A DNA stretch of 64,000 nt from Armatimonadota bacterium (GCA_041690135.1 JAWLHY010000014.1:142150-206149), one strand, 5' to 3'; shown: positions 48,065 to 57,063, numbered from the stretch's first letter. The notes: generated by a model from the letters alone, not told the origin. Numbers and translations: made by a program.

Positions 48065-50248
48065 ATGCCCGTACCGAAGAAACACCGGTCTCACTCGATC
48101 CCCCGGTCCCAGCCGGGTCTCCCTGCCCCGACTTCGGAAACGGGAGGCGCCACCCGCCTCCAGGCTCCCGACATCGCCTCGCCGCGACTCCGCGCGCTCC
48201 TTGCCGCCACCCTGGCCCTGGGAATGCTTGGGGCCGCCGGTATTGGCTCCCGGCCCACGAGCGCCCAGACCCGCGCCGAATTTGTCCCCACCTTCTCCAC
48301 CAACACGCGGGTCAAGCAGCAGTTGGAGCGCCTCGACCGCCTCGCGGCGCAGAAGATGTGGGATGAGTGGCTGGCCGGCTATCAGCAACTCGTGGACGAC
48401 CCCCGCGACCTGGTGATCGAGCGCGACGGCGAATTCCTGGACGGCGTTCGGTTCCGGGCGCACCAGATGCTGGCGGCCCAGCCCGCCGCCGTACGCCAGA
48501 AATACCGCACCCTATTCGATCCCACCGCGCGCAAGCTCTACGACGAAGCGGTGACGAAGAACGATGGCGCGGCGATGCGGGACGTTTACAGCCGTTATCG
48601 CTTCAGCACTTACGGCCCGCGCGCTCTCCTCTGGATCGCCAACCGGTCCCTGGACGAGGGGCGCCCGGAACTGGCGCGGGTCGCCTACAGCCGCCTTTCC
48701 CGGGAGCCGGGCGTTACGGTGCAGACTCTGCTGCGCTACGCCCTGGCGGCGGATGCGGCGGGCAAGCCGGCGGAAGCGACCGCCGTTCTCGACCGTATTC
48801 GGAAAGAGTTCGCCGCCCAGCCGACGCGGCTGGCCGGAAAGGACCTGACGGGCGGCGCCGCCGCGGATGCCGTGGCCAAAGCGCTCCGGAAACCCGGAGC
48901 CGGTGCGAGCTCGGTCTGGCCCTCCTTCGCTGGCGCCGGCGGAGACCGCCGGATGGCCGGGCAGGTCACCGGCGCGCAAAAGAAGCTGTGGGAGTTTGCG
49001 CAGTCCACCAAGCCCGAGGGCAACTCGGGGAACTACCGCGGGCGGGTGCTCGGGTTCAGCAGCCTCGGGAGCGGCCGTTTCCAGTTTTTGAGCTTCCCCG
49101 TGGTGGGTGGAGACCGCGTCTGGATCCAGGGTCCGCAGAATCTCACGGCTGTCAACCTGGACACCGGCGAGCCGGCCTGGGACCAGCAGGATTTCAGCAT
49201 CAGCCGGGACGAGAGCGGGCTTCAGAACACCGATCCGCGCCTGGGCGGCATCTACTACCGATCGGGTCGCGCGGTCCAAACGGCTCCCACGCTGGACGGG
49301 CATGTGCTCCTGGGCCGTTTCCCGCTCAGCTCGTCGGATCGCGACACCAATCGCTGGCCGTCAGACTTCTCGATCGGCGCCTTCGATGCGCGCTCCGGTA
49401 CACCGCTCTGGCAGCGGGTCGCGGGCGGGGAGCCCCGGGGCAGCTTCTATAACCTGCCTACTCTTTCGGCCAACATGGTCCTGGGCGGCGTGACCACCTT
49501 CAAGGGCGGCATCACGGAGTACAACGCGGTCGCCCTGGACGCCGCCACCGGCGAGGAGTTGTGGTCTACCTACCTCGGCGCCGGCAGCGATCCCCTCGGC
49601 ATCGTCGACGGCTCCCCGGCTGCCGTCAAAGACGGCGTCGTGTGGATCGAAAGCTCGCTTTACACGCTCAACATGCTCGACCTGATCACCGGGGAACTCC
49701 GGCAGATCTACCGCTACGATCCCGGCAAGCGGACCACCTTCCGGGGCGGGTTCGACAGCAGCCCGATGGTGCCGCACGAGCCCGTGAGCCTGATCGCGGC
49801 GGCGCAGGGTCCGGTCGTCTTCTGCCCGCGCTGGGGAACCGACGTCGTTGCACTGGACTCCGCGACTGGCCGGCTGCTCTGGTCCTCGCCTAAGGCGCCC
49901 GGCCAGTCTTCCATGGGCTCCCTGTTCGCGGTGGACGACAAGCTCGCCTACGTTTGCGGCGACCATCTCCAGGCCCTCAACCTGGAAGACGGCGCCCGCG
50001 AGTGGCATTGGGAGCCGGAGCAAGCCTCCAGCCGCCACATGGGCTTCGCCGCCCTCGCGGGAGACCGGATCTACTTCCCCGTGGAAGGGAAGATCCACGT
50101 CCGCGCCGCCGCCGACGGCCGCGCCCTGGAGACCCTCGACCTGGTGGACGCCCTCACCGACCAGCCCTACTTCACCTCCCTGGTCGTGCACGGCAACAAG
50201 CTCATCGTCTCCACCAAGGACAAGGTAGTCGCCTTCGGCCCGAAGTGA
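48065..50248 (+). CDS. Secreted TPR-like + PQQ-type beta-propeller (BamB-like) protein
   Basis: GAAGGAG RBS; signal peptide; repeats AVNLDTGEPAW, AFDARSGTPLW, ALDAATGEELW, ALDSATGRLLW, ALNLEDGAREW. Confidence 0.85.
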   Translation: MPVPKKHRSHSIPRSQPGLPAPTSETGGATRLQAPDIASPRLRALLAATLALGMLGAAGIGSRPTSAQTRAEFVPTFSTNTRVKQQLERLDRLAAQKMWDEWLAGYQQLVDDPRDLVIERDGEFLDGVRFRAHQMLAAQPAAVRQKYRTLFDPTARKLYDEAVTKNDGAAMRDVYSRYRFSTYGPRALLWIANRSLDEGRPELARVAYSRLSREPGVTVQTLLRYALAADAAGKPAEATAVLDRIRKEFAAQPTRLAGKDLTGGAAADAVAKALRKPGAGASSVWPSFAGAGGDRRMAGQVTGAQKKLWEFAQSTKPEGNSGNYRGRVLGFSSLGSGRFQFLSFPVVGGDRVWIQGPQNLTAVNLDTGEPAWDQQDFSISRDESGLQNTDPRLGGIYYRSGRAVQTAPTLDGHVLLGRFPLSSSDRDTNRWPSDFSIGAFDARSGTPLWQRVAGGEPRGSFYNLPTLSANMVLGGVTTFKGGITEYNAVALDAATGEELWSTYLGAGSDPLGIVDGSPAAVKDGVVWIESSLYTLNMLDLITGELRQIYRYDPGKRTTFRGGFDSSPMVPHEPVSLIAAAQGPVVFCPRWGTDVVALDSATGRLLWSSPKAPGQSSMGSLFAVDDKLAYVCGDHLQALNLEDGAREWHWEPEQASSRHMGFAALAGDRIYFPVEGKIHVRAAADGRALETLDLVDALTDQPYFTSLVVHGNKLIVSTKDKVVAFGPK

Positions 50249-50323
50249 AGTTGCCGTTCCCCGCGGGTTGCCCGTAACATAGGAATCAGAACACTCCACT
50301 GGATGCAGGAAGAGGAGAGTGCG

Positions 50324-50479
50324 ATGCAGACCCTGGAAAAGCCCCGCCCGGAAGCCGCGCAGGCTCAAAACGTTGAAGAGCGCCCGCTGGACCATATCCC
50401 CGACAAGGTTTCCGATCTGCTGGCGCAGCTCGATGTCAAGAACCTGGCCGAAGCGAACCCCCACGTCAGCGGGGAATAA
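50324..50479 (+). CDS. Unannotated Pup/UBact-like small modifier (51 aa, C-terminal SGE)
   Basis: GAGGAG 6 nt upstream of the ATG; MQTLEKPRPEAAQAQNVEERPLDHIPDKVSDLLAQLDVKNLAEANPHVSGE*; disordered N-terminus, SDLL helix and G-E terminus as in Pup/UBact; directly upstream of a PafA-like gene. Confidence 0.75.
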   Translation: MQTLEKPRPEAAQAQNVEERPLDHIPDKVSDLLAQLDVKNLAEANPHVSGE

Positions 50480-50511
50480 TCCTGTCACCACCGGCAGCAC
50501 TGCCGTGAAAC

Positions 50512-50547
50512 CGAGCGGGAGGGGGACGCGCGTCCCCCTCCCGCTCG
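50512..50547. promoter_or_regulatory. Perfect 36-nt palindrome between the modifier and ligase genes
   Basis: CGAGCGGGAGGGGGACGC|GCGTCCCCCTCCCGCTCG; ends 10 nt before ATG 50558. Confidence 0.7.
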
Positions 50548-50557
50548 TTGCAACTGT

Positions 50558-52057
50558 ATGACCGCTGAGCCAATCTGCAGCCTGGAGCTGGAGTTTTTCG
50601 TCCTCGGCCGTACCTGTCCCGAAGTCCTCCGCTTCCTCCGCGACCGGAATCCCATCGTCACCTATTCCGGCAAGGGGAGTGGGTTCTGGTTGGAACTGCC
50701 GGGGTGCGGAGTGCCGGCCTGGTTCAAGATCTCCGGGGACGGTCCCTACTGTTTCGAAGACCTCGTGTTCGAAGCGGCCCTGCCGGAGACCAACGCCCCC
50801 ACCGCGGCGTACCTGGTGCAGCACTCGCTCCTCCCTTGGTTGGCGCGGCTGGAACGGGAGATGGGGGAGAACGGCGCCCCGGTCCGCTTCATGACGGGCC
50901 CGGACCTCCACGGGCATCGCTCCGCCTTCCAGGTGAACCTCGTCCTCGATCGAGTCGAGGATATCCGCGCCTACTATGCGGCCCTGGCGCCCCTGGTGCT
51001 CACGCTTAGCTGCGTGACGGGCCCTGGTGGGCCCGTTCCTGGTGAGGGATACGTGCTGGCGCCGCGCTTGAACACCCACTGCCGGCCCGGCCATTACCTG
51101 GGAAGCGACGCCTCGCTCCGCCATGCGCCCGTGGCCTATCCCCGCTGGCGCGACTATGGCGCGGGGCACCGGGCCCATTTCAGCCTGGAGTACTCCCGTC
51201 TACCGGGCGCGATGCTGCTGGTCGCGGGTGTCCTTTCGCTGGCTACCCGGGCGTATGAAATTGCCCCCAAGCAGTTCGACCTTCGCTTTCTCGACGAGCC
51301 GATCGCGGCGGCACGGGGGCTCAACCGTCTGGGTGAGCCTCGCGTGCTGGTGGAAGCCGGCATGGAGGAGCACCGCTGGTCCGGCCTCGAGCTCCAGGAG
51401 GCCTTTCTCGAAAGGATCATCGAGCCCGTCCTTTCCGGGGTCGCCGCGGCGCCGGAGTGGACGGAGCCGTTCCTGGAGTACTGGCGCGCGGCGATCGCGG
51501 CCCAGCGGGAGGGCAGGCCTTGCCCGGCGTCTGACTTCAGCACCAAGCACCCATACCTGGAAACCCTCGTCTCTCGGGCGGGCCTGCAGTTCGGCTCGCG
51601 GGAGTGCCAGGCCGCCTACGCCCTCTGCGCCTCTCTGCTGCACGCCCAGGTCGATCTGGATACCTTCTTCAGCCGTCCGGCGTGCACGCTGCCGCTCGAT
51701 GACCGGAGAGCCTCTCTACGGCGTCACCTGGAGACGGTCCCGCCGGAACGCCTCCGGGAGATCTATCTCGGCGGCCTGCGGGAAGCCCTGCTCTTTGAGG
51801 TGGCCTGGCAACGGATCGGGCCGGGAAGCGCCGCCGATCAGTTGACGCCCGATCCGGCCGAAGCCCTTCTCCTGGGGAGCCGCCCGTATCTCGCGCCCCG
51901 CGCCGCCGCACGCGCGGAGCTCTTCCAGGCCCATCGCGAGGACCTCTGGATGGCCGCCGATTGGGACCGCATCGAAACCCTCGACAGTTTCCTCTACTGT
52001 CGCGATCCACGCGACGCACATTTCTCCGACGATCCGGCCGCGGGTCCGGTATACTGA
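50558..52057 (+). CDS. Highly divergent PafA/Dop-family (carboxylate-amine ligase) protein
   Basis: Colinear motif matches to PafA at 11078: SLELEF/GIETEF, FKISGD/RLYID, FEAALPE/EEYATAE, DLHGHRSAFQVN/DHFGGHTFGCHEN, LAPLVLT...GPG/LLPFLVT...GVG, LAPRL/LSQRA, HRAH/HRLH, EPIAA/DPIET, LELQ/VDLQ, DFSTK/DWVAK, PRAAAR/TRAAGR, ADWD/IDWD, RDP/RNP. Confidence 0.75.
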   Translation: MTAEPICSLELEFFVLGRTCPEVLRFLRDRNPIVTYSGKGSGFWLELPGCGVPAWFKISGDGPYCFEDLVFEAALPETNAPTAAYLVQHSLLPWLARLEREMGENGAPVRFMTGPDLHGHRSAFQVNLVLDRVEDIRAYYAALAPLVLTLSCVTGPGGPVPGEGYVLAPRLNTHCRPGHYLGSDASLRHAPVAYPRWRDYGAGHRAHFSLEYSRLPGAMLLVAGVLSLATRAYEIAPKQFDLRFLDEPIAAARGLNRLGEPRVLVEAGMEEHRWSGLELQEAFLERIIEPVLSGVAAAPEWTEPFLEYWRAAIAAQREGRPCPASDFSTKHPYLETLVSRAGLQFGSRECQAAYALCASLLHAQVDLDTFFSRPACTLPLDDRRASLRRHLETVPPERLREIYLGGLREALLFEVAWQRIGPGSAADQLTPDPAEALLLGSRPYLAPRAAARAELFQAHREDLWMAADWDRIETLDSFLYCRDPRDAHFSDDPAAGPVY

Positions 52058-52062
52058 GGTCT

Positions 52063-52353
52063 GTGAACTACCTGTTAATCGAAATCATCCACCGGGGCAC
52101 GGAGGTCATCAGCCTCGTCGTGATCGCGTCGATCATCCTCTCGATGATTGCCCAGGTCACCCACGCCCGCTGGATCCACCATCCCGCCGTCCGCTTCGTC
52201 GTCGCCGCCGGTGATGCCATCTGCGCGCCTTTCCGGGAACTGATGCAGCGCCTCGGCCTGCCCACTGCGCCGCTCGATTTCTCGCCGATGGTCGCCCTGT
52301 TTGCCATTCGCATGATCAGCGGCTTTCTGATCCGCATCCTGATCGCGAGCTAA
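52063..52353 (+). CDS. yggT: YggT family membrane protein
   Basis: GTG 5 nt after the ligase stop; IASIILSM...HPAVRFV...APFR...LDFSPMVA. Confidence 0.85.
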   Translation: MNYLLIEIIHRGTEVISLVVIASIILSMIAQVTHARWIHHPAVRFVVAAGDAICAPFRELMQRLGLPTAPLDFSPMVALFAIRMISGFLIRILIAS

Positions 52354-52401
52354 TCCGGAAACGGACCGGGCAAAAGGTCCGTTGAACCCTCGGTATGCGG
52401 T

Positions 52402-52622
52402 ACCTGTAGGGAGCGTCTCGTACACCCGGCGAAGCACAGGGCCGCAGCGTTCCGCCGCCCTGGGGCTGATCTCATTCTGCCAAACCGTGGCGGTTCGGGT
52501 TCAGGACTGATTCGAGTTGGCGCAACCGCATCAACTCCGGTAACTGCGGAATGGAACGGCCCTAGCTGCGCCGGGTGTACGTCGCATTCCCTACGGTCCG
52601 TCTCCCCTGGGCGCGTCTTGGA
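52402..52622 (+). repeat. Family A REP-doublet/MITE-like element, copy 3
   Basis: Aligns with 10447-10648, with extra 21-nt and 20-nt inserts in the two arms. Confidence 0.8.
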
Positions 52623-52862
52623 CCTGGACCGTTCCTCTTTATCCTTATCCTCCCACTCTCGTTATCCTTATCCTCCCGGCTTCCCGATCCTCCCGGCTTC
52701 CCGTTCTCCCGCCCTTATCCGTTTCCCAACCCTTTTCCGTCTCCCCGCATTCAAAAATCGGGAAGGTAGCAGAACTTTGCGGCGCAAAGTAAGCACCAAC
52801 AGAGGGAGTCGGGTCCCGCGCGTGGGACCCTTTCCTTTTCCGGCTCCGGCGGAGGGACGAAC

Positions 52863-55457
52863 ATGGAATTCCGGCCCAGGCGAACGGCCCACCGGGTTGC
52901 GGTGGGAATGGCGGTCTTACTCTCCGGCGCGTCGGTCGCGCTGGAGTTGGGCATGGGGATCTGCGCCCAGACCTTTTTCGATCCGCTTCCGACCCCTCTC
53001 TACACCGCCGCTTATCTTTTCCTGGCCGCTATGCTGGCGCTCAACGAGTCGGTGCTGGCGCAGGCGGACCGGCGGATCGGCGAGCGCGTTTGGGAACAGC
53101 GCCAGTCGCTCCCGCTTCCACCCGAGAAGCGCACGCCCCTGGAACTGGCCCGCATCGGCACCGGAGCCGCGCTCGCCGTGGCGGCCGTGTATGCGGTCAT
53201 GTTCCTCCCGATCATGCCGATCTCGGCCATCGGGGTCCTGGTATGGGGGATGGGGCTCTGTGGCTTAAGCCCCTTCATCAACCTCTCCCTGCTCCTGGCG
53301 CAGTCCCGCGCTCTGGGCCACCGCTGGCGCCTCCTGGAACTGGGCACCCCGCTCCGGCCCCAGGCTGCCGCTACCTGTGCCGCGCTCGCTGTTATCTGCG
53401 TGCTGGTGGGGCGGCCGCTCCTCGTGGGTTATCACATCGAGCAGGCGCTGGCGAACCCCGGTCGCCGCGAGCAGGCGGTCCAGCGCCTCCGGTGGATGGC
53501 GGCCGAGTCGGAGGTGCTGCGTCTCTGCTACGAGACCCGCTCGCCTCTACTCGAAAGTGCCGGCCGCTCTCTCTGGACCGCCGGGGTCGATCGGGAGAAC
53601 CTGCCGGATGTCAACGACGAGGCCCGCAAGCTTTACTACTTGCTCACCGGCAAGCCCTTTGAGACCGCGGATGCCTCGCGCCTGACCCGCACGCGGATGT
53701 GGGCCCGCTTCGACGACCCGGTGGTAAACCAGCAGGGTGGGGAACTGGTCGGGCGAGCGGTGAAGGGGCTGAGCCTGAGCTCTTCTCGCCTGGATGGGGT
53801 GGTGGACCCGCGTACGGAAACCGCCTACAGCGAGTGGACGCTGGTGTTCCGGAACGCCACCTCCGTTCCCCAGGAAGCCCGCGCCGAGATCCTTCTACCA
53901 GAGGGAGGCGTGGTAGATAGGGTCTCCCTCTGGATCAGTGGGGAGGAGCGCCCCGCCGCCTTCGGGCCGCGCGACGTGGTCCGGCAGGCCTACCAGGAAG
54001 TAGCCGTGGTGCAGCAGCGCGACCCGCTTCTGGTCACGGCAAAGGATGCCGGCCACGTCCTCGCCCAGTGCTTCCCGGTCCCCGCCTCCGGGGAGATGAA
54101 GATCCGCCTCGGCATGACCGCGCCGCTGGTCTGGGCCGATCCCCGGAACCCTCGTCTCACCTACGCGCTGCCGTCGTTCCAACATGTCAACTTCACGCTT
54201 CCGGCGGACGCGACGCACCAGGTCTGGCTGGAGGGGCACTGGAGGGAGCGTTACGGGCGATTGGCACGGGAGGCCGGTGCGGAGTGGCAATTGCTCACTG
54301 GACCGGCGCCCGCGGGCCAACCGGCAGACGAGCGGACCCACACGGCACGGATGAAGCTCCCGGCGGACCAACTCTTCCAGCGCCACTCGCTGGCGGTGGC
54401 GGGAGGCGCCCCTCCGGCTCCGGGAGACGCGTTGGGAAACGGTCTCGTACGCCGGACCTCTCCGTTCCCTCGCGCTACCCGGCCGGTGGACCTGCTCGTC
54501 CTGCTCAGCCCCACGCTCGACATGCGGAACGCCGTGACCCCGGCCCACCGCGAGGCGCTTCGCCGGGCGCTGGCGGAACTTCCCTCCGGCTCCCACGTCC
54601 GGTTTGTGGACGTGCGGGAAGCGGTCCTGCCGGGCAGCCGCCGGGGCACCTCCTGGCTCGACGTTTCCCAGGTGGAGGAGGCCGATCGCTGGTGGGAGTC
54701 CCGGGACTACCATGGGGGCGCCGAACCGGCCCGTGCTTTGGAATGGGCGTGGGATGAAGCCCTGGGGCGGACCCATCCCACCGCCGTGCTCTGGCTGCAC
54801 GGCCCCACCCCGGAAGAATTCAAAGACGCGGAGCAGCTCGTCGCCAATTACCGCCGCCGCCCCGAAGGCCCGGTCCTGGTAGGCGTTCGCTTCCGGCCCG
54901 GTCCGGACGCCCTGATGCGGGAGCTGGCCGGAAACCCGCGGATCTTCGCCCGCGGTGACGGCGATCAGCCCGAGAGCCTGGCCGCCGCGGTCCGCCTCGC
55001 CGCCGCGGCTCTCGACACGTCGGAGGGGCTGAAAGGCTATGCGGAAGGCGTTACCACCGTGCCGCTGGGTGGACGCGAGCCGGCCCTCAACGGGACCTAC
55101 GTCGTCGGTGGAGCCCGCAGTGGAGCCGTTCCCGTGGCCGGGGCCCCCGGTCGCGTGGCGCGCCTGGCCGCCAACTCGCATGTGCTGGCGCCGTGGTATG
55201 CCGGTCGGCGTGAGGGACGTGAGATCCAGGCCGCGCAGACGCTCGCCATCTCCCGGCGGCTGGTCACGCCCATGTCCGGGGCGGTGGTGCTGGAGACCCA
55301 GGAGCAGTACCGGCGGCACAACTTGAGCGATGCTGCGCCGCAGTCCACCATTCCCAGCGTGCCGGAGCCGGGCACCGTTGCCCTGCTGCTCGTGGGCACC
55401 GTGGTAGCGCTGGCCGCGGCCTATCGGGGGCGAAGGAGATCCGCAGGTGCAGGCTAA
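52863..55457 (+). CDS. Membrane-anchored VIT-domain protein with C-terminal PEP-CTERM sorting signal
   Basis: N-terminal TM helices; VIT-like core AYSEWTLVFRN...QEARAEILLPEGGVVDRVSLWISGEER...RDPLLV...QCFPVP; LVTPMSGAVVLET; VPEPG + TM + RGRRR. Confidence 0.88.
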   Translation: MEFRPRRTAHRVAVGMAVLLSGASVALELGMGICAQTFFDPLPTPLYTAAYLFLAAMLALNESVLAQADRRIGERVWEQRQSLPLPPEKRTPLELARIGTGAALAVAAVYAVMFLPIMPISAIGVLVWGMGLCGLSPFINLSLLLAQSRALGHRWRLLELGTPLRPQAAATCAALAVICVLVGRPLLVGYHIEQALANPGRREQAVQRLRWMAAESEVLRLCYETRSPLLESAGRSLWTAGVDRENLPDVNDEARKLYYLLTGKPFETADASRLTRTRMWARFDDPVVNQQGGELVGRAVKGLSLSSSRLDGVVDPRTETAYSEWTLVFRNATSVPQEARAEILLPEGGVVDRVSLWISGEERPAAFGPRDVVRQAYQEVAVVQQRDPLLVTAKDAGHVLAQCFPVPASGEMKIRLGMTAPLVWADPRNPRLTYALPSFQHVNFTLPADATHQVWLEGHWRERYGRLAREAGAEWQLLTGPAPAGQPADERTHTARMKLPADQLFQRHSLAVAGGAPPAPGDALGNGLVRRTSPFPRATRPVDLLVLLSPTLDMRNAVTPAHREALRRALAELPSGSHVRFVDVREAVLPGSRRGTSWLDVSQVEEADRWWESRDYHGGAEPARALEWAWDEALGRTHPTAVLWLHGPTPEEFKDAEQLVANYRRRPEGPVLVGVRFRPGPDALMRELAGNPRIFARGDGDQPESLAAAVRLAAAALDTSEGLKGYAEGVTTVPLGGREPALNGTYVVGGARSGAVPVAGAPGRVARLAANSHVLAPWYAGRREGREIQAAQTLAISRRLVTPMSGAVVLETQEQYRRHNLSDAAPQSTIPSVPEPGTVALLLVGTVVALAAAYRGRRRSAGAG

Positions 55458-56952
55458 AGCCTCGGGCCTCTCCACGATGGCCGCGCCGATGCCGGCGCTC
55501 CGGGCGCGCCTCGCCGTGGTACCGCTCGCGGGCTGGGTCGCCCTCGCCCTGTGGCCGGTGTGGGCCTATCTCCACCGGGCCTACACCAGCCCCGGCGCGG
55601 ATCCGTCTCCCGCGCTGGTGCTGCTCGGCGCCGTCGGTTGGGCCGCCTGGGTGGCCCGTTCGACCGCACGGGAGGAGAAGGAAGGGGCTCCCGCCCACGC
55701 GGTAGGTTCGGAGTGGGCTCGCACCCTCCTGGTGCTTGCGCTCTACGCGGCAGCCTATCCCTGGGCGCCGCCCCTGGCGCGGGCTCTGCTGGGGTTGGCC
55801 GCCCTGGGCCTCTCGCTGCGGGCCCTCCCCGGCGTGCCCGCGAGCGGAGGGTGGGGGCTGGCGGCGCTGGTCGTGCTGGCGGCCCCGGCGGTCGACACGC
55901 TCAGCTTCTTCCTGGGCGGCCCCATGCGCTCCGCCGCGGCCGAGGTGGCGGTGTGGGCCCTCGGCGCCCTGGGCAACTCCGCGCGCGCCGAGGCCGGAGA
56001 CGCGGCCTTCTGGGTCAACGGCCGCCTCTTCAGCGTCGATGCGCCCTGTTCCGGCGTCAACGGGCTCTGGACCGGCCTCGTCCTCGCGGCGGCGGTGGCG
56101 ACGTGGCGGCGCCTCTCCTTCTGGTCCACGGCCCTGCTGCTCTCAGCATCGGTGCTGTTGTGCGTTCCCGCCAACGGTTGGCGCGCGGCCACCCTCGTCT
56201 ACCTGGAGGTGCTCGCCCCGCAGTTCGGCCCCCTCGCTGGCGACCTCAGCCACTCCCTGGTGGGCCTCCTCATCTTCGCCCTCACCACCGGCGTCCTCGT
56301 GGGGTTGTCCCGTCCCTTGTCCCCCGGAGCAAGTTGTGATCGTGATCCTAAGCCACTCTCTTCTCCATCTCCGTCATCCCACGCTCCCAATCGTAATCCA
56401 AATCCTTATCTTTATCGTTACCCTTATCGTCATCTCTATCCTTATCCACTCATACTGGCCGCTTTCGTCCCTCTCCTGCCCCGTTCCGCTCCGGCGACCC
56501 CCGCGGCCCAGGCGTTCCCTGGCTGGCCGCGAGAGTGGATGGGCCGCCCCCTGCGACCCCTCCCAGCCTCTGAGATGGACCGCCGCTGGGCCGCGCTGAC
56601 TCCCGGACCGCTCACACGCTTTGCTCTGCCCGACGGCTCCGAGTTGCTGCTGCGCTGGGTGGACCGGCCCACGCGCGCCCTCCACTCGCCGGAAGATTGC
56701 TACCGTGGCCTGGGCGCCACGCTCACTCCCCGGCCACCAGTGCGGGCTGCCGCACCCGGCACTTCGGGTCCGGTCTTGTGGCGGAGGTTTCGCGTCTCCC
56801 GGCAGGGACGGAGCTGGGAAGTTCGCTCTCTGATCCGCACCGAAAGCGGCGCCACCTACTCCGACCCGGCCTGGTGGTGGTGGCGCGTGGCGGGCCCCGG
56901 GGCGCAGGATCGAGGCCCCTGGTGGGCCATCACGCTCCAGACTCCGCTATGA
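55447..56952 (+). CDS. Dedicated exosortase (XrtN/O/Q-like) with a C-terminal soluble domain
   Basis: VDAPCSG catalytic Cys, ANGWR Arg, SHSLVG His; C-terminal FPGWP...LRWVDRPTRALHSPEDCYRG; overlaps the PEP-CTERM gene. Confidence 0.85.
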   Translation: MQAKASGLSTMAAPMPALRARLAVVPLAGWVALALWPVWAYLHRAYTSPGADPSPALVLLGAVGWAAWVARSTAREEKEGAPAHAVGSEWARTLLVLALYAAAYPWAPPLARALLGLAALGLSLRALPGVPASGGWGLAALVVLAAPAVDTLSFFLGGPMRSAAAEVAVWALGALGNSARAEAGDAAFWVNGRLFSVDAPCSGVNGLWTGLVLAAAVATWRRLSFWSTALLLSASVLLCVPANGWRAATLVYLEVLAPQFGPLAGDLSHSLVGLLIFALTTGVLVGLSRPLSPGASCDRDPKPLSSPSPSSHAPNRNPNPYLYRYPYRHLYPYPLILAAFVPLLPRSAPATPAAQAFPGWPREWMGRPLRPLPASEMDRRWAALTPGPLTRFALPDGSELLLRWVDRPTRALHSPEDCYRGLGATLTPRPPVRAAAPGTSGPVLWRRFRVSRQGRSWEVRSLIRTESGATYSDPAWWWWRVAGPGAQDRGPWWAITLQTPL

Positions 56953-57063
56953 TGGAGTATTGGGCAGTCACTCCCCACGTCGCGACCCCGGTGTCTCGGC
57001 GCGAGGAAGACGCGCGCCCGAAGGTGAACAGGCCGCTGGAGAAGCGATTCGGAGGGGAACCCA

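Noticed and set aside
50319-50561. 80-aa ORF listed in the ORF track
   Set aside because: Different frame with no properly spaced RBS, and it runs through the palindrome. The 50324-50479 frame has a well-spaced GAGGAG and a Pup-like terminus.
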